Counted from the first letter of the whole stretch, positions 13,583 to 26,894 are shown. The stretch is DNA of 63,677 nucleotides, filler included, from Octopus bimaculoides (GCF_001194135.2; 7 parts of 6 records of this genome joined end to end with filler, not necessarily neighbours in it), one strand, 5' to 3'. The notes: a model not told the origin generated them from the sequence alone. Numbers and translations are program-made.

Positions 13583-14456
13583 AATGCAACACTTTCACAA
13601 CGATAAATGTATTCATACACATATATGTATGTGTGTGTATCTATTAATTATTCATGCAACTTATAAATATGCATGAAGTATGCATTTTGGGTGGACGTGT
13701 ATGCATACACATACGTACACATACATGCACATTCATGCGCTTACACCGACATACACTCAAACGCACACACAATCAGAGGCGCATATATGTAAATATGCAA
13801 ATATCAATATTCATAAATGTTATGAATATGCATAAGGGAGGCGTATCTGGTAGGCGTGAATATGGACGACATAGTTTGTAATGGTAAGAGGGATGAGGAG
13901 TGTACGCAGGATGCCTGTGTGTCAGATGTATTTGGATGATGGTGACTTAAATTTTATCAGTGTGTCGGATGGCCTTTTTATGGATGCTACCTACATGGTT
14001 CCACTTTCACATCAGACATCTATGATCCATGTTCTTGTATGGGCGAGAAATTAGCCTGCAGTGGGACAGGAACGCCTCGAATATAAATGAGGTTCTGATC
14101 CTGAAGAGAAATTCGAAACCTTGCAAGACTGAATTTAGAAATATGAGGTCACCACAAGAATAAGGGATTTGTGAAGAGGCTGCACACCACTAAATTCGGT
14201 CTCTGAGTTTAGTCGTAAGATGTTGCGAAATAATGAAGACATAGCCGTGTACTGATGGTATTGTTGCTGTTGTTTAGGCCCAATTCCTTTCTCGAACCCA
14301 TTACGGCAGACCTTTATCATAAAAGGTATTCATATCGTGACCATTGCGTCGAAAGTTGGATGGCATTGTCTAGTGTCGACTTCCCTTTATGTAAGACGAT
14401 ACGGTATGGTGTGAGGAAGGTGTGAACCTTTCTGTAATAAGTTTGTGCCTGCTCAG

Positions 14457-14513
<57 letters not shown>

Positions 14514-14697
14514 CCCCACCCGGGATATATACTCATCGAAGGACAATGTTGATGAATAATGAATGTTTTTAAAACAATCTTTCTGTGATTGATAAATGTA
14601 TTTTACGTGAGGCAAGAAATTTTCAAACTGCTTAGTAGAGGGAAATTTTTCAATAAACGGACATGGAAGTGTTTGCAATATTTCAACATTGTTTCAG

Positions 14698-14784
14698 ATG
14701 TTTTGTGCAAAAATACAAAAGCTGCAATACAATATTATACTCCTCCGAAACAAAGTGGTCGAAGATTTTAGAAAATCAATAATG
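14698..14784 (+). CDS. Candidate phase-0 exon (MFCAKIQKLQYNIILLRNKVVEDFRKSIM)
   Basis: Acceptor tttcaacattgtttcag, donor ATG|gtaaga; 87 nt, open in phase 0, compatible with the 11137-11207 candidate. Confidence 0.3.
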
Positions 14785-14851
14785 GTAAGAGTTGTATATT
14801 TCATAAAGTATCAATCGATCTTATCATTGTTGATATTATTATCCTGTAGTA

Positions 14852-15065
14852 AAGCGGTGAGTCGGTAAAATCGTTGGCACGCCGGGGAAAATGCTTAGTG
14901 GCGTTTTGTCCGTCTTTACGTTCTGAGTTCAAATTACGCAGAGGCCGGCGTTGCTTTTCATTCTTTTGTGATCGATAAAATAAGCACTAGTGGTACACTG
15001 GGGTTGATGTGATTGACTGTTCGCCTCCCGCGAAATTGCTAACATTTTGCCAAGATTTTAAACCA
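14852..15065 (+). mobile_element. tRNA-derived SINE (family A)
   Basis: Head gcggtgagtcggtaaaatcgttggcacgccgggg...gttctgagttcaaatt. Confidence 0.8.
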
Positions 15066-17105
15066 ATATTATTATCCTTTACATACCAGATAAATGTGGA
15101 GAGTGAAGTAGCATGGCATCTTTGTGCATATTCAAATGTCTATATTATTGAATGTGTATATATATTAAAAGTGGAGATTTATGAGTCATATACAACTTTT
15201 TGTTTCACTGTCAACTAATAATGTAGAAAGACACATACCATTGCCAGAGATATAAGGATTGTAATAATTCCAGAATAGGGACATTTTTCGCGAATTTATA
15301 ATGAAAAAGTTTCTTCTACTTAATATTGGTTTCGGCAACATCGATGCATTTGGTGCATTTTCAGTAAATCTTACTGTTATTTTCGGTGAAAATATAATAT
15401 CCATGGTCCTTCATAAGTTATAGGAAAATTATGTTATATTTGAACGATCACTTAAACTATAAAGAGGATTGTACCATATCATCTTTCGTACATTGCTTTT
15501 AGATTTATCAATATTTGTATTATTTCATACGTAAATATGTAATGCATTCTATCGATCTTGCTGCTGCTATTGAAAGCGGTATTGTAGGAATTAGAGGCTA
15601 GGCGAAAGGATTACTCGTCAGAGAAAAAGTTGGAAATACACTTTTGATTTTACTAATTGTCTCAAATATGTAACGCTACTAATTGACAGACCTCAGCCTC
15701 ATCAGCAGATTTTGTAGCTACATCAAACAATACATGGCCATTATGTTTAACACTAAAATAATTATCGTAAAATAGAAAAACATTTCATTATTTGTATACC
15801 ATTAATCGCGGAAACACTAATTGGAATAAAACATCTACCAAATCAAAAAGCTTTTCAGCGACAGATAGAATTCTATGATTTCAAATACGAAAAATTTACA
15901 AAGACGCTTATTATCTATATTACTGGGATAGAATATTAATCCCCTTGAAACATCTGACCTGCCTAATGCTAAATACGATGGAAACTAAAACACTATTCAC
16001 TTGTCATATTTATTTCGTATTTGTCTCGATTTATTAAGTTGCATTTGGAAATATCAAGAAAATTATACTTATGGTATTTAAATGTAATGTATGGTTTGCG
16101 TAAGGCTGAAGATTTATTCTACTCCATCATCAATTCGTAGCGTGATAGGTTTCCCTTTCTTTGTTTTACGGTACTTGAGCCGGTGGAGCATTCGATATGT
16201 GACAGTTGAAGGTGTGAGAAAGCTGCAACAACAACTGAGTGGTACTCATTATAGTTGCAATGTGAAATGAAGTGCCTTGCTTAAGGATTGATTGCACCGG
16301 GTTTAGGAATTGTTCCCCAGCTCTTGTGATAACGACACGAAATACTCTTAATTACCAGGCCACACGCACATTCATACACAGTGTTCGGACTAAATAAGAC
16401 GTTTCCTTATTTAAGAAAGGCTTGGTGTATTGGTGAACAGTCAACGGCGTTGGAGAGCATAAAGATTAAAGTTGTAGATAAGAAGAGCTCACATTGATGT
16501 CTGGAAGCCATCTGAATTTTGGAAAGGAGTTACCTGAATTATGATCATTCGCATCGGGTATCAAAATGCTGACGTCATGACTGCTGCTCAATGATCTGTG
16601 AATGCTGTAAAAGTTTTCTGATAGATGAAGCTCATTGTTGTGTTCTATGAATGTTCTACGTTTGCAGAAATATGATCGTGTCCCAGTATTATATATATAT
16701 ATATTGAATTGTTTCTATTCAGTTAGTCTATGAAATAATTATAACGATATAAACTCGTATTCATAGGGGGGCCCCTTTAATAGATGCTGCTGATCGATAC
16801 ATTCCAGTGGATATGTGTGTGTGTATTAATATGCACACACATACACTCTCTCTCGTGCGCGCATATATATATGTTTATATAAATATATATATATATATAT
16901 NNNNNNNNNNNNNNNNNNNNNNNNNNNNNNNNNNNNNNNNNNNNTTAATTAATTAANNNNNNNNNNNNNNNNNNNNNNNNNNNNNNNNNNNNNNNNNNNN
17001 CCCTAGGCATAACACAGACATGAACTTCTAACTTGTTGTCTCTTGAGGTTTCTGGGTGAGACTTGGATCCAACTTGTACAAATGCAAAGCAAAAGTCAAA
17101 CATAA

Positions 17106-17193
<88 letters not shown>

Positions 17194-17236
17194 TATCTGT
17201 TTTCTATACATGCCAAAACTTTGTTTTGCATTTCAG

Positions 17237-17356
17237 ATATAGACAAATGTAGATGGATCGATCGATGTGGTAGACACGGTAGATGCTATAACACACTAGG
17301 ATCTTACAGATGTTTATGTAATCGAGGATATCGTTGGGACGGGAAGACATGTGTTG
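17237..17356 (+). CDS. Calcium-binding EGF-like domain exon A (6 Cys)
   Basis: ttttgcatttcag|...|gtaagt; 120 nt, phase 1-1; (D)IDKCRWIDRCGRHGRCYNTLGSYRCLCNRGYRWDGKTCV(G) fits the cbEGF C-x-N-x2-G-S-Y-x-C-x-C pattern. Confidence 0.95.
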
Positions 17357-17439
17357 GTAAGTAAAAATGAATAAACAACAATAAGAATCCATTCATAAGT
17401 ACAATTAGCTTCTGGCTGTTATAATCCTTTCTAGAAAAG

Positions 17440-17872
17440 GCAGAATGTTTGAAATTGTGTGGGTGGGGGATGAGTCGAGTACATTGACACCAGCGTTACA
17501 CTGGAACTTAATTTATCAACCCGAAAGGATGAAGTGCAAAGACGACCTCAGCGGAATTTGAGCTCAGAACATATAGACAGTTGAAATACCGTTAAGCATT
17601 TCGTCCGGTGTGCTAAACTATTCTGCCAGTTCATCGACTTAATATTGATGATAATGGTTTCAAAATTTGCTAAAAGGGCAGCAATTTGGTTGGGGGAGGG
17701 GATAGGTCGATTATATCGATCCCTGAGTTCAACTGGTACTTATTTAATCGACCCCCAAAAGAATGAAAGGTAAAGTCGACCTCGGTGGAATTTGAATTCA
17801 GAACGAAGCGAAGGGTTAAATGCCGTTAAGCATTTCGTCCAGCATGCTAACGATTATGCCAGCTCGCCACCC
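17440..17872 (-). mobile_element. Two tandem family-A SINEs in the intron after exon A
   Basis: Two copies of gacctc(a/g)gcggaatttga...tcagaac; the same pair recurs at 20200-20615. Confidence 0.8.
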
Positions 17873-17950
<78 letters not shown>

Positions 17951-18374
17951 CAACAACAACAACATCATCGAAAAATACCTTAGAAATGAGAACCCAAGTT
18001 CGAAATTTCCCCAAGACACCTGAAGAATGTTATGTGGTAACAATAGACAAGATGAGGACAAAGATCCGTCGAATTTAAATAATGTAAATAATGGACATAA
18101 TTCTTCGTATCTTAAATATAGAACTGTAAAAAAACTGTTACTTTAAAGGTCTGTGTCGTATTACATGAAGATATTTCGCTACTACATCTGCCGTTTCCTC
18201 TCCCAAAGGTTTTAGTCATTCTGTAAATTCTCTTTTCCTTCACTCGCCTTAGGACGCTGGGTGCGTCTCGGTGAGTGACCGTAACAAGCATGCAGATTAA
18301 ATGTAAATAATAATAATAATGATGATAATAACATTTTCATATCATATTGCAATACATATATATTACTGTTTCAG

Positions 18375-18491
18375 ACATCAATGAATGCGCAAGTATAGCT
18401 TTAAGGAAATATTACAAGTGTTATAACACACCAGGTTCTTTTTATATTGCTTGCATGGAAGGCTTTGAAGAGATCAAGAAGTCCTGTATTG
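18375..18491 (+). CDS. EGF-like exon B with only 4 Cys (C2 and C4 absent)
   Basis: tactgtttcag|...|gtaagt; 117 nt, phase 1-1; (D)INECASIALRKYYKCYNTPGSFYIACMEGFEEIKKSCI(G). Confidence 0.92.
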
Positions 18492-18952
18492 GTAAGTACA
18501 AACAACAATAACAAGAACAATAACTACAACAACAGTATTAGAGGCATATATGTCTGAGTGTGTGCACGGGCACCAGTGTGTATGTACGGGTACGTTTGAT
18601 ATGCAGCCGATGAATAAAAATAATCAATTAACATCCATGTTCCATGCTGGCATGTGTTGGACGGTTGGGCACGATCCGAAGGTACTCAAGATTGCATCAT
18701 TCCTCGATGTCTGCTTTGTTATTATTTTTGTGGATTGAGGCCGTTCCAAAACAGCCACCATTTCACAGCATATACTGAGTTTGAAGTTTCCGTGACTTGA
18801 ACTGGGGCCAGAGTAGAAAAGAAAGAAGAAGGAGGTAAGAGATCAGGTGTTTAAGTATGTGAGAAGGGAGCAGAAGAGGTTCTGACCGTACAGAAACAAC
18901 GCGGTTACTCACTTTGAGGTCGATCAAATAGGACTTAATAATAATAATAATG

Positions 18953-19031
<79 letters not shown>

Positions 19032-19820
19032 CAACAACAACGACAACAATAACAGCAACAACAACAACACCAACATCAACACCAACAATTATACACTCCT
19101 GACAACAAAAATGAACACACATTGCCGCAAACACCTCAACAACAGGGAGGTGTATCAGGCGATGCAGTAGAAATTTTCCTGAAAGCATGAAATGTTTAAT
19201 GATAACAAGCAGTAGCTCCCATGGCTTCTGATTTTAATTGATTGGAAGTGTTATCATGTACTTTGCTTTGTCTTGGTATAAAAGATGGGTTACAGCAAAT
19301 ATTCTGCTCAATACCACAGATTTTCTTGCCCGGATGCAGTAGCAGACAGTGGCTCTCATGGCTTCTGATCTTAATTGATTGGAAGTGTTATCATGTACAT
19401 TGTTTTTTCTTGGTATAAAAAATGGGCTACAGCAAATATTCTGCTCCATACCACACATTTGCTTTCGGTTGTTTGATCAGTAGTAGTGGGGCAGCATCAT
19501 AGCCATGTGTTGAGAGGAATTCTTTGGGGTTTGAATAATTCACCTTTGGAAATATGGGTGTTTTACTCAAAATCCTTAAACAAACCTTATTCAGGGATCT
19601 TTTGAGCGGGATAGGCTACTCGATCTGAAGAAAATTCTAACTGGGCCGCACCTTCAAGGTCATGCGCTGTTTATCTTGATATGAGATCACCATGCCGCGC
19701 ACATATGGTTGTGATGCATACACCTGGTGTACCCTTATCAGACGGGTAGTCATGATGGGTATAATGGGTTTCGTATATTTTACCCCAGTGTCAGTTTGAT
19801 GGCATGCACTGCTCTCTCCC

Positions 19821-19888
<68 letters not shown>

Positions 19889-19995
19889 CTATTCCACTAT
19901 GAGCATAAAACCTGATATTTGGGAGAGGGGTATAGTCGATGACATCGACCCCAGTGTTTCACTATACATGCTAAAAATTTCTCTTTGTTTTTCAG

Positions 19996-20115
19996 ACATA
20001 AACGAATGCTTACAGAGTAACCCATGTGGTACAAACGGTAGATGCTATAACGCACTAGGATCATACAGCTGTTTCTGTTATCGAGGATATCGTTGGGACA
20101 AGAAAACATGTGTCG
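19996..20115 (+). CDS. Calcium-binding EGF-like domain exon A' (6 Cys)
   Basis: Pyrimidine-rich acceptor ending ttcag, donor gtaagt; 120 nt, phase 1-1; (D)[39 protein letters not shown](G). Confidence 0.95.
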
Positions 20116-20199
20116 GTAAGTAAAGATGAATAAACAACAACAACACTATCAACAACAACAATTAGCTTCTGGCTGTTATAATCCTTTCTATTAAAGGCA

Positions 20200-20615
20200 G
20201 AATGCCTGAAAATTTGGGGTGTAGGAGATGAGTCGACTACATCAACATCAGCCGTGATACTGTACCTTAATTTATCAGCCCAAAAGGTTGAAAAGAAAAA
20301 TCGACCTCGGCGGAATTTGAACTCAGAACATAAGGATAGGCGAAATACCTCTATGCATTTCGTCCGGTGTGCTAAACGATTCTGCGAGTTTATCGACTCA
20401 GTCTTGGTAATTATAGTTTCAAAATTTACCAAAAGGGCAGCAATTCTGGATTTGGTGATAAGTCAATTATATCAACCCAAGTTTGCAACTGGTACTTACT
20501 TTATCGACCCCGAAAGGATTAAACATAAAATCGATCTCGGCGAACTCAGCGATGGGCAAACTAGCACTAAGCATTTCGTCCAAAGTGCTAACAATTCTGC
20601 CTAATCGCCGCCTTA
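20200..20615 (-). mobile_element. Two tandem family-A SINEs in the intron after exon A'
   Basis: Paralogous to 17440-17872. Confidence 0.8.
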
Positions 20616-20695
20616 AATAATAATTATGATGATGATGATGATGATGATGAAGATGATGATGATGATGATAATAATGATGATTGTGATGATGATAG

Positions 20696-20735
<40 letters not shown>

Positions 20736-20736
20736 C

Positions 20737-20801
<65 letters not shown>

Positions 20802-21224
20802 TACAATGATAATAATAATGATCGGCTATAGCATTCATTCTTGCCGATAATTCTTTCCTTGTGTTGCATCATGATTTCATGAATTGTTCGTGGGTTTCCC
20901 ACAAGAAATCTTATTGACATCCCATCTCTTTCTTCCTCTCTTTATTTCTATATACTCGTGCATATATCTGTACATAAACATGTATATGAGTAACGTGGTT
21001 ACATTATATCGCCTCCATAACCTCACTGATTATCATTATCACCATCGTCCTACCTATACCATTAAAGATATATCAAAAATAAGATGGGTCCAGGTATATT
21101 GCAGCCGATATTCGTCGCTATTTATCAAATATTCACCTTTCGCTCCCTGTACATTGGTCTATACTAATCAGTCCTCTGCCACCATTCTATCTTTTCATAT
21201 ACGATCTGTTTACGTTTGCAGTTC

Positions 21225-21600
21225 GTGGAGGCGCAATGGCCCACTGGTTAGGACAGCGGACTCGCGGTCAGAGGATTTCGGTTTCGATTCCTAGACCGGG
21301 CGTTGTGAGTGTTTATTGAGCGCAAACACCTAAAGCTGCACGAGGCTCCGGCAGGAAATGCTGGCCAACCCTGCTGTACTCTTTCACCACAACTTTCTCT
21401 CACTCTTTCTTCCTGCTTCTGTTGTGCCTTATTTCAAAGGGCCAGCTTGTCGTACTGTGAATATCTCCGAGAACTACGTTATGGGTCCACGTGTCTGTGG
21501 AGTGCTCAGCCACTTGCACATTAATTTCACGAGCAGGCTGTTCCGTTGATCGGATCAACTGGAACCCTCGATGTTGCAAGCGACGGAGTGCCAACATGAA
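21225..21600 (+). mobile_element. tRNA-derived SINE (family C)
   Basis: Head ggaggcgcaatggcccactggttagg...ggtttcgattcc (A/B boxes); related copies at 42880-43180 (+) and 29890-30230 (-). Confidence 0.8.
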
Positions 21601-21909
21601 ACCTTTGCAGTTAAAACTTAATACTATCGTTTGTGCTACCTGCATGAATGGTAATCCAGGGGTCATTCTCAACTAATTTTTACTTCAATTACTAGTCATT
21701 TCAAGTGCTCCCATAATCATTGATTTGTAACCGTCTTGAGAGTAGGTGGAAGAGAAGCAGCTTGGTGAATAGACCAAATTCTATAGGTCTGTAAATACAT
21801 TCCACTGATTGTGAGGAGATCAGCTGTGGGTATTCTTGTGCGACAAGGAGACAAAAACGATACCAGTGGTGATCGGAGCGTTCGGCTCAATCCCATTGAA
21901 ACTGCAATA

Positions 21910-22515
21910 GTGGGTCATTATTTATATTGGAAGATATGTAAACAATACAAAATCAACACTCCTGCTTAGGGGCATGAACATCATCCTGAGCCACTCGTTG
22001 AAAGTAAAGATGTCACTATACTCTAGCATTTTGCAGTCAACACTTACACAATTCCCCAGTCTAATCGACTGAACATAGTCATTGAAGACAGAAAAGAAAA
22101 TGCTTGTACACTAATAGATGTAAGCGTTCCCACTGATAAAAATATATCAGTAACGGAATATGAGAAATTAAGTAAATATATCAACCTAAAAATTGAAATG
22201 CAAAAGATATGATATGTGAAAGCGAGAACTGTTCTTGTTATTATAGGTGCTCTAGGAATGATAAGAAAATTATGCTGAAAACATCTAGATAATATCCCAG
22301 GAGAACCATGTCTCAGTGACATTAGGGCTGCCAAAATTCTTAGTAAAAACATTATAAGTTTAAATGTCTGCGTTGTATTACATGAAGGTATTTCGCTACT
22401 ACCCCTGCCACATCTCTTCCCCAAGCTTTCAGTCATACAGCATTATTTCTTATCTTTCACTCGCCCTGGGAGTATCTCGTCGATGAATGGTAACAAACAT
22501 TCAAAAAGAATGTAA
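21910..22515 (+). mobile_element. R4/Dong-like non-LTR retrotransposon 3' fragment (restriction-like endonuclease domain), degraded
   Basis: Reads ...NRLNIVIEDRKENACTLIDVSVPTDKNISVTEYEKLSKYINLKIEMQKI*YVKARTVLVIIGALGM with stops; tail ends in (TAA)n and is paralogous to 18140-18310. Confidence 0.8.
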
Positions 22516-22520
22516 ATAAA

Positions 22521-22606
<86 letters not shown>

Positions 22607-22806
22607 NNNNNNNNNNNNNNNNNNNNNNNNNNNNNNNNNNNNNNNNNNNNNNNNNNNNNNNNNNNNNNNNNNNNNNNNNNNNNNNNNNNNNNNNNNNNNN
22701 NNNNNNNNNNNNNNNNNNNNNNNNNNNNNNNNNNNNNNNNNNNNNNNNNNNNNNNNNNNNNNNNNNNNNNNNNNNNNNNNNNNNNNNNNNNNNNNNNNNN
22801 NNNNNN

Positions 22807-22858
<52 letters not shown>

Positions 22859-22859
<1 letters not shown>

Positions 22860-23224
22860 TAATTGATGTATCAATACCAGCAGATGACAACGTTTCCCTA
22901 AAAGAAATGGAAAAACTTTCAAAATACAAAGCCCTGGAAATAGAGATAACTCGAATGTGGAATCTAAAAACAGAAACAATTCCTATCATAGTAGGTGCCT
23001 TAGGTATAATAACAATTGTTCAGACAAATACATAAAAAAAACACCAGGATTACAAATATATATAACATACAGAAAATTGCACTACTGGGTACTGCACATA
23101 CGCAAAACACTTTCAATACAGTAACCATAAGAGCACCACAGCAAACCACAGCACATACCCAAGGCGCACAGCACTGCGCTCGGTAGTGAAGTGAAATCAC
23201 GTTATAAAACTAAAACTACTGAAC
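22859..23224 (+). mobile_element. 5'-truncated R4/Dong-like LINE embedded in (TAA)n
   Basis: IDVSIPADDNVSLKEMEKLSKYKALEIEITRMWNLKTETIPIIVGALG...QKIALLGTAH; (TAA)n on both sides. Confidence 0.85.
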
Positions 23225-23235
23225 AATAATAATGC

Positions 23236-23281
<46 letters not shown>

Positions 23282-23355
23282 CATAATAATAATAATAATA
23301 ATAATAACAACAACAACATTTTCATGTCATATTGCAACACGTATTTCCCTTTCAG

Positions 23356-23472
23356 ACATCAATGAGTGTGCAACTATACATACAAGGCCGCCTTACAAGT
23401 GTTCCAACACGCCAGGTTCTTTTAATATTGGCTGCATCGTAGGCTTCCAAAAGATCAATGACAAATGTATAG
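23356..23472 (+). CDS. EGF-like exon B' with only 4 Cys (C2 and C4 absent)
   Basis: atttccctttcag|...|gtaagt; 117 nt, phase 1-1; (D)INECATIHTRPPYKCSNTPGSFNIGCIVGFQKINDKCI(G). Confidence 0.92.
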
Positions 23473-24004
23473 GTAAGTATTAGACGACAATAAAAACAAG
23501 AAGAACGGTATTATAAACATATATGTCTGAGCGTGTGCACGTATGTGTGTGTGTGTGTGTGTGTACGGGTACCTTTGCTATGTAACCGATGAGTAAAAAT
23601 AATCAATTAACATCCATGTTCCCTGCTGGCATGTGATGGGCGGTTAGACACGATCTGAAGCTGCTCCAGATTGCATCATTCTTCGACGTCTGCTTCGCTA
23701 TTGTTTCTTTGAATTGATGCCGTTCCAAACAGCGACCATTTCACAGCGCACACAGCGTATTTTTGGTAGCTTGATTAATACTGAGGCTGCAGATATTCTA
23801 GTCTAGGCACATGGCCCGACATTTTGGGGGAGAGGGGGCCAGTTACTTAGATCGACAGCAGTACGCAACTGGTATTTAATTTATCGACCCCGAAAGGATG
23901 AATGACAAAATCGACCTCAGGCAAATTTGAACTCAGAACGTTGTGGCAGGCAAAACACCGATAAGCATTTTGCCGGAGTGGTAACAACACTGCTAGCTCA
24001 CCGA

Positions 24005-24046
<42 letters not shown>

Positions 24047-24799
24047 NNNNNNNNNNNNNNNNNNNNNNNNNNNNNNNNNNNNNNNNNNNNTTAATTAATT
24101 AANNNNNNNNNNNNNNNNNNNNNNNNNNNNNNNNNNNNNNNNNNNNATGGGTGTGTGTATGATTATATATGTACATATGCACACAAATATATTATTCATG
24201 TATACATATATAATAAGAATTTGATATACACTTATGATGCATATTTGTAAATTATACAAGAAATCACACACACACATATATAGAAATGTATTTAATATAT
24301 ATGTATATGTATGTATGTGTGCTTTTGTGTGTGTGTATTATTTCTTCTGAATGCAATAAAACTCACTTAAAGAACCAATCTAAGATATCTATATTGAAAT
24401 TAATATTATTTGTCGCCTAATTCTTTTGTACCCTTACATCATAAGCGAAGAATTCTGTAGAATTATATTAATTGAAATCTAGTAACCACAATTGAGACTT
24501 GCTGCGGTTATATGATTACTTTTATCCAGAATCTAACCTTAGACTTAATACTAACAGTAACCCTGACCCCCGACCCTTAATCTCGTCACGAATCTAGACT
24601 TGGAATCATACATTTCTTGGAACAGATAAATGGCATTATGTTTTCTGTGAGGTCAATTTAGACAAAGAATTAATTGTTAGAAACGTGTGCAACCAACACG
24701 GTGGTTGGTTATAGCACAAGATGTCAGGATTGGTAATAATCTGGAGTTAGCTGCAGTCACAATATACGTCCGAACGGTATATTATTTGTGTATAATCAT

Positions 24800-24834
<35 letters not shown>

Positions 24835-24835
24835 A

Positions 24836-24923
<88 letters not shown>

Positions 24924-26101
24924 AAATAAATAATATATATATGCATATATACATACATATATGTATATGCCTACATATATATGTATATATACATGCCTAT
25001 ATGGGTATAGGACGTAAAAAAAAGGTGAACAAAATGAAAAACGAGAACATAAAAAAAATAAAAACATGGAAAACTTTTTTTCGAACAACGAAAGAAACAA
25101 ATAGAGAAATGAGACAGGGCAACATAAAGAACAATCCCTTCATCCGTTGTCCCCTGTTTTATCTACTCTGCGTTTCGAACGTTGGGACAAGACGCAGAGC
25201 AAATTAAATAAAATTTGGGATTTGCGGAAGGTTAAAGTAGTAACAAAAACAGGACAGTAAGAACAAATAAATAAATAAATAAATATATATATATATATAN
25301 NNNNNNNNNNNNNNNNNNNNNNNNNNNNNNNNNNNNNNNNNNNNNNNNNNNNNNNNNNNNNNNNNNNNNNNNNNNNNNNNNNNNNNNNNNNNNNNNNNNN
25401 NNNNNNNNNNNNNNNNNNNNNNNNNNNNNNNNNNNNNNNNNNNNNNNNNNNNNNNNNNNNNNNNNNNNNNNNNNNNNNNNNNNNNNNNNNNNNNNNNNNN
25501 NNNNNNNNNNNNNNNNNNNNNNNNNNNNNNNNNNNNNNNNNNNNNNNNNNNNNNNNNNNNNNNNNNNNNNNNNNNNNNNNNNNNNNNNNNNNNNNNNNNN
25601 NNNNNNNNNNNNNNNNNNNNNNNNNNNNNNNNNNNNNNNNNNNNNNNNNNNNNNNNNNNNNNNNNNNNNNNNNNNNNNNNNNNNNNNNNNNNNNNNNNNN
25701 NNNNNNNNNNNNNNNNNNNNNNNNNNNNNNNNNNNNNNNNNNNNNNNNNNNNNNNNNNNNNNNNNNNNNNNNNNNNNNNNNNNNNNNNNNNNNNNNNNNN
25801 NNNNNNNNNNNNNNNNNNNNNNNNNNNNNNNNNNNNNNNNNNNNNNNNNNNNNNNNNNNNNNNNNNNNNNNNNNNNNNNNNNNNNNNNNNNNNNNNNNNN
25901 NNNNNNNNNNNNNNNNNNNNNNNNNNNNNNNNNNNNNNNNNNNNNNNNNNNNNNNNNNNNNNNNNNNNNNNNNNNNNNNNNNNNNNNNNNNNNNNNNNNN
26001 NNNNNNNNNNNNNNNNNNNNNNNNNNNNNNNNNNNNNNNNNNNNNNNNNNNNNNNNNNNNNNNNNNNNNNNNNNNNNNNNNNNNNNNNNNNNNNNNNNNN
26101 N

Positions 26102-26211
26102 GAAGAAGAAGAAGAAGAAGAAGAAGAAGAAGAAGAAGAAGAAGAAGAAGAAGAAGAAGAAGAAGAAGAAGAAGAAGAAGAAGAAGAAGAAGAAGAAGAA
26201 GAAGAAGAAGA
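26102..26211. repeat. (GAA)n microsatellite
   Basis: Perfect trinucleotide run next to a gap. Confidence 0.97.
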
Positions 26212-26302
26212 TGTTTTTAGGATGGAAGGGATAGAAAGAGGGAAGAGGGAGAGTAGAATGAGAAGAAAATTTTCCCGATGATGAAAAACAATGCCAACAA
26301 CA

Positions 26303-26336
<34 letters not shown>

Positions 26337-26894
26337 TTACTACTACTACTACTGTGAGAAACGCAAGACTATGGGAAAGAAGAAAACACACGAAGGACAA
26401 AAGCCAGAAGAGGATGTCAAATGCCAGAGTAGAAGGGACGCAAAGAATGAAATGATTGAAAAGTCGGGAAGAGAAGCAGCATTGTTTGAGTGGCATTGTC
26501 TCCAGACGGATGTTGTACGGCAATTGCAGTCGTCATCTGCAGATGGGTTTGTTATAAGAGAACATTTCAGGAGCCAGGAAGCGCATCAGAATGAAAATCT
26601 AGGAGAGAGAAGGAGAGAGAAGGAAACAGACAGACAGACAGACAGACAGAGACAGACAGAGAGAGAAACAGATTAAGAGAGAGAGAGAGACAGTCAGAGA
26701 CAGAGACAGAAAGACAGATAGACAGAGAGAAAGCGAGTAAGAAAAAGAGGGACAGAGAAAAAGAGAGAGAGAGAGGGGCGACAGAGAAAGAGAGAGAGAC
26801 AAAGAGAGAGAGACAAAGAGAGAGAGACAAAGAGAGAGAGACAAAGAGAGAGGGCCAGAGAAAGAGAGAGAAAGAGAAAGAGAGAGAGAGAGTG

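Noticed and set aside
14095-14135. CTGAAGA-GAAATTC-GAAA hammerhead-like string (similar at about 50785)
   Set aside because: Cleavage triplet and stem I are not preserved; counted only as decayed Penelope-type ends
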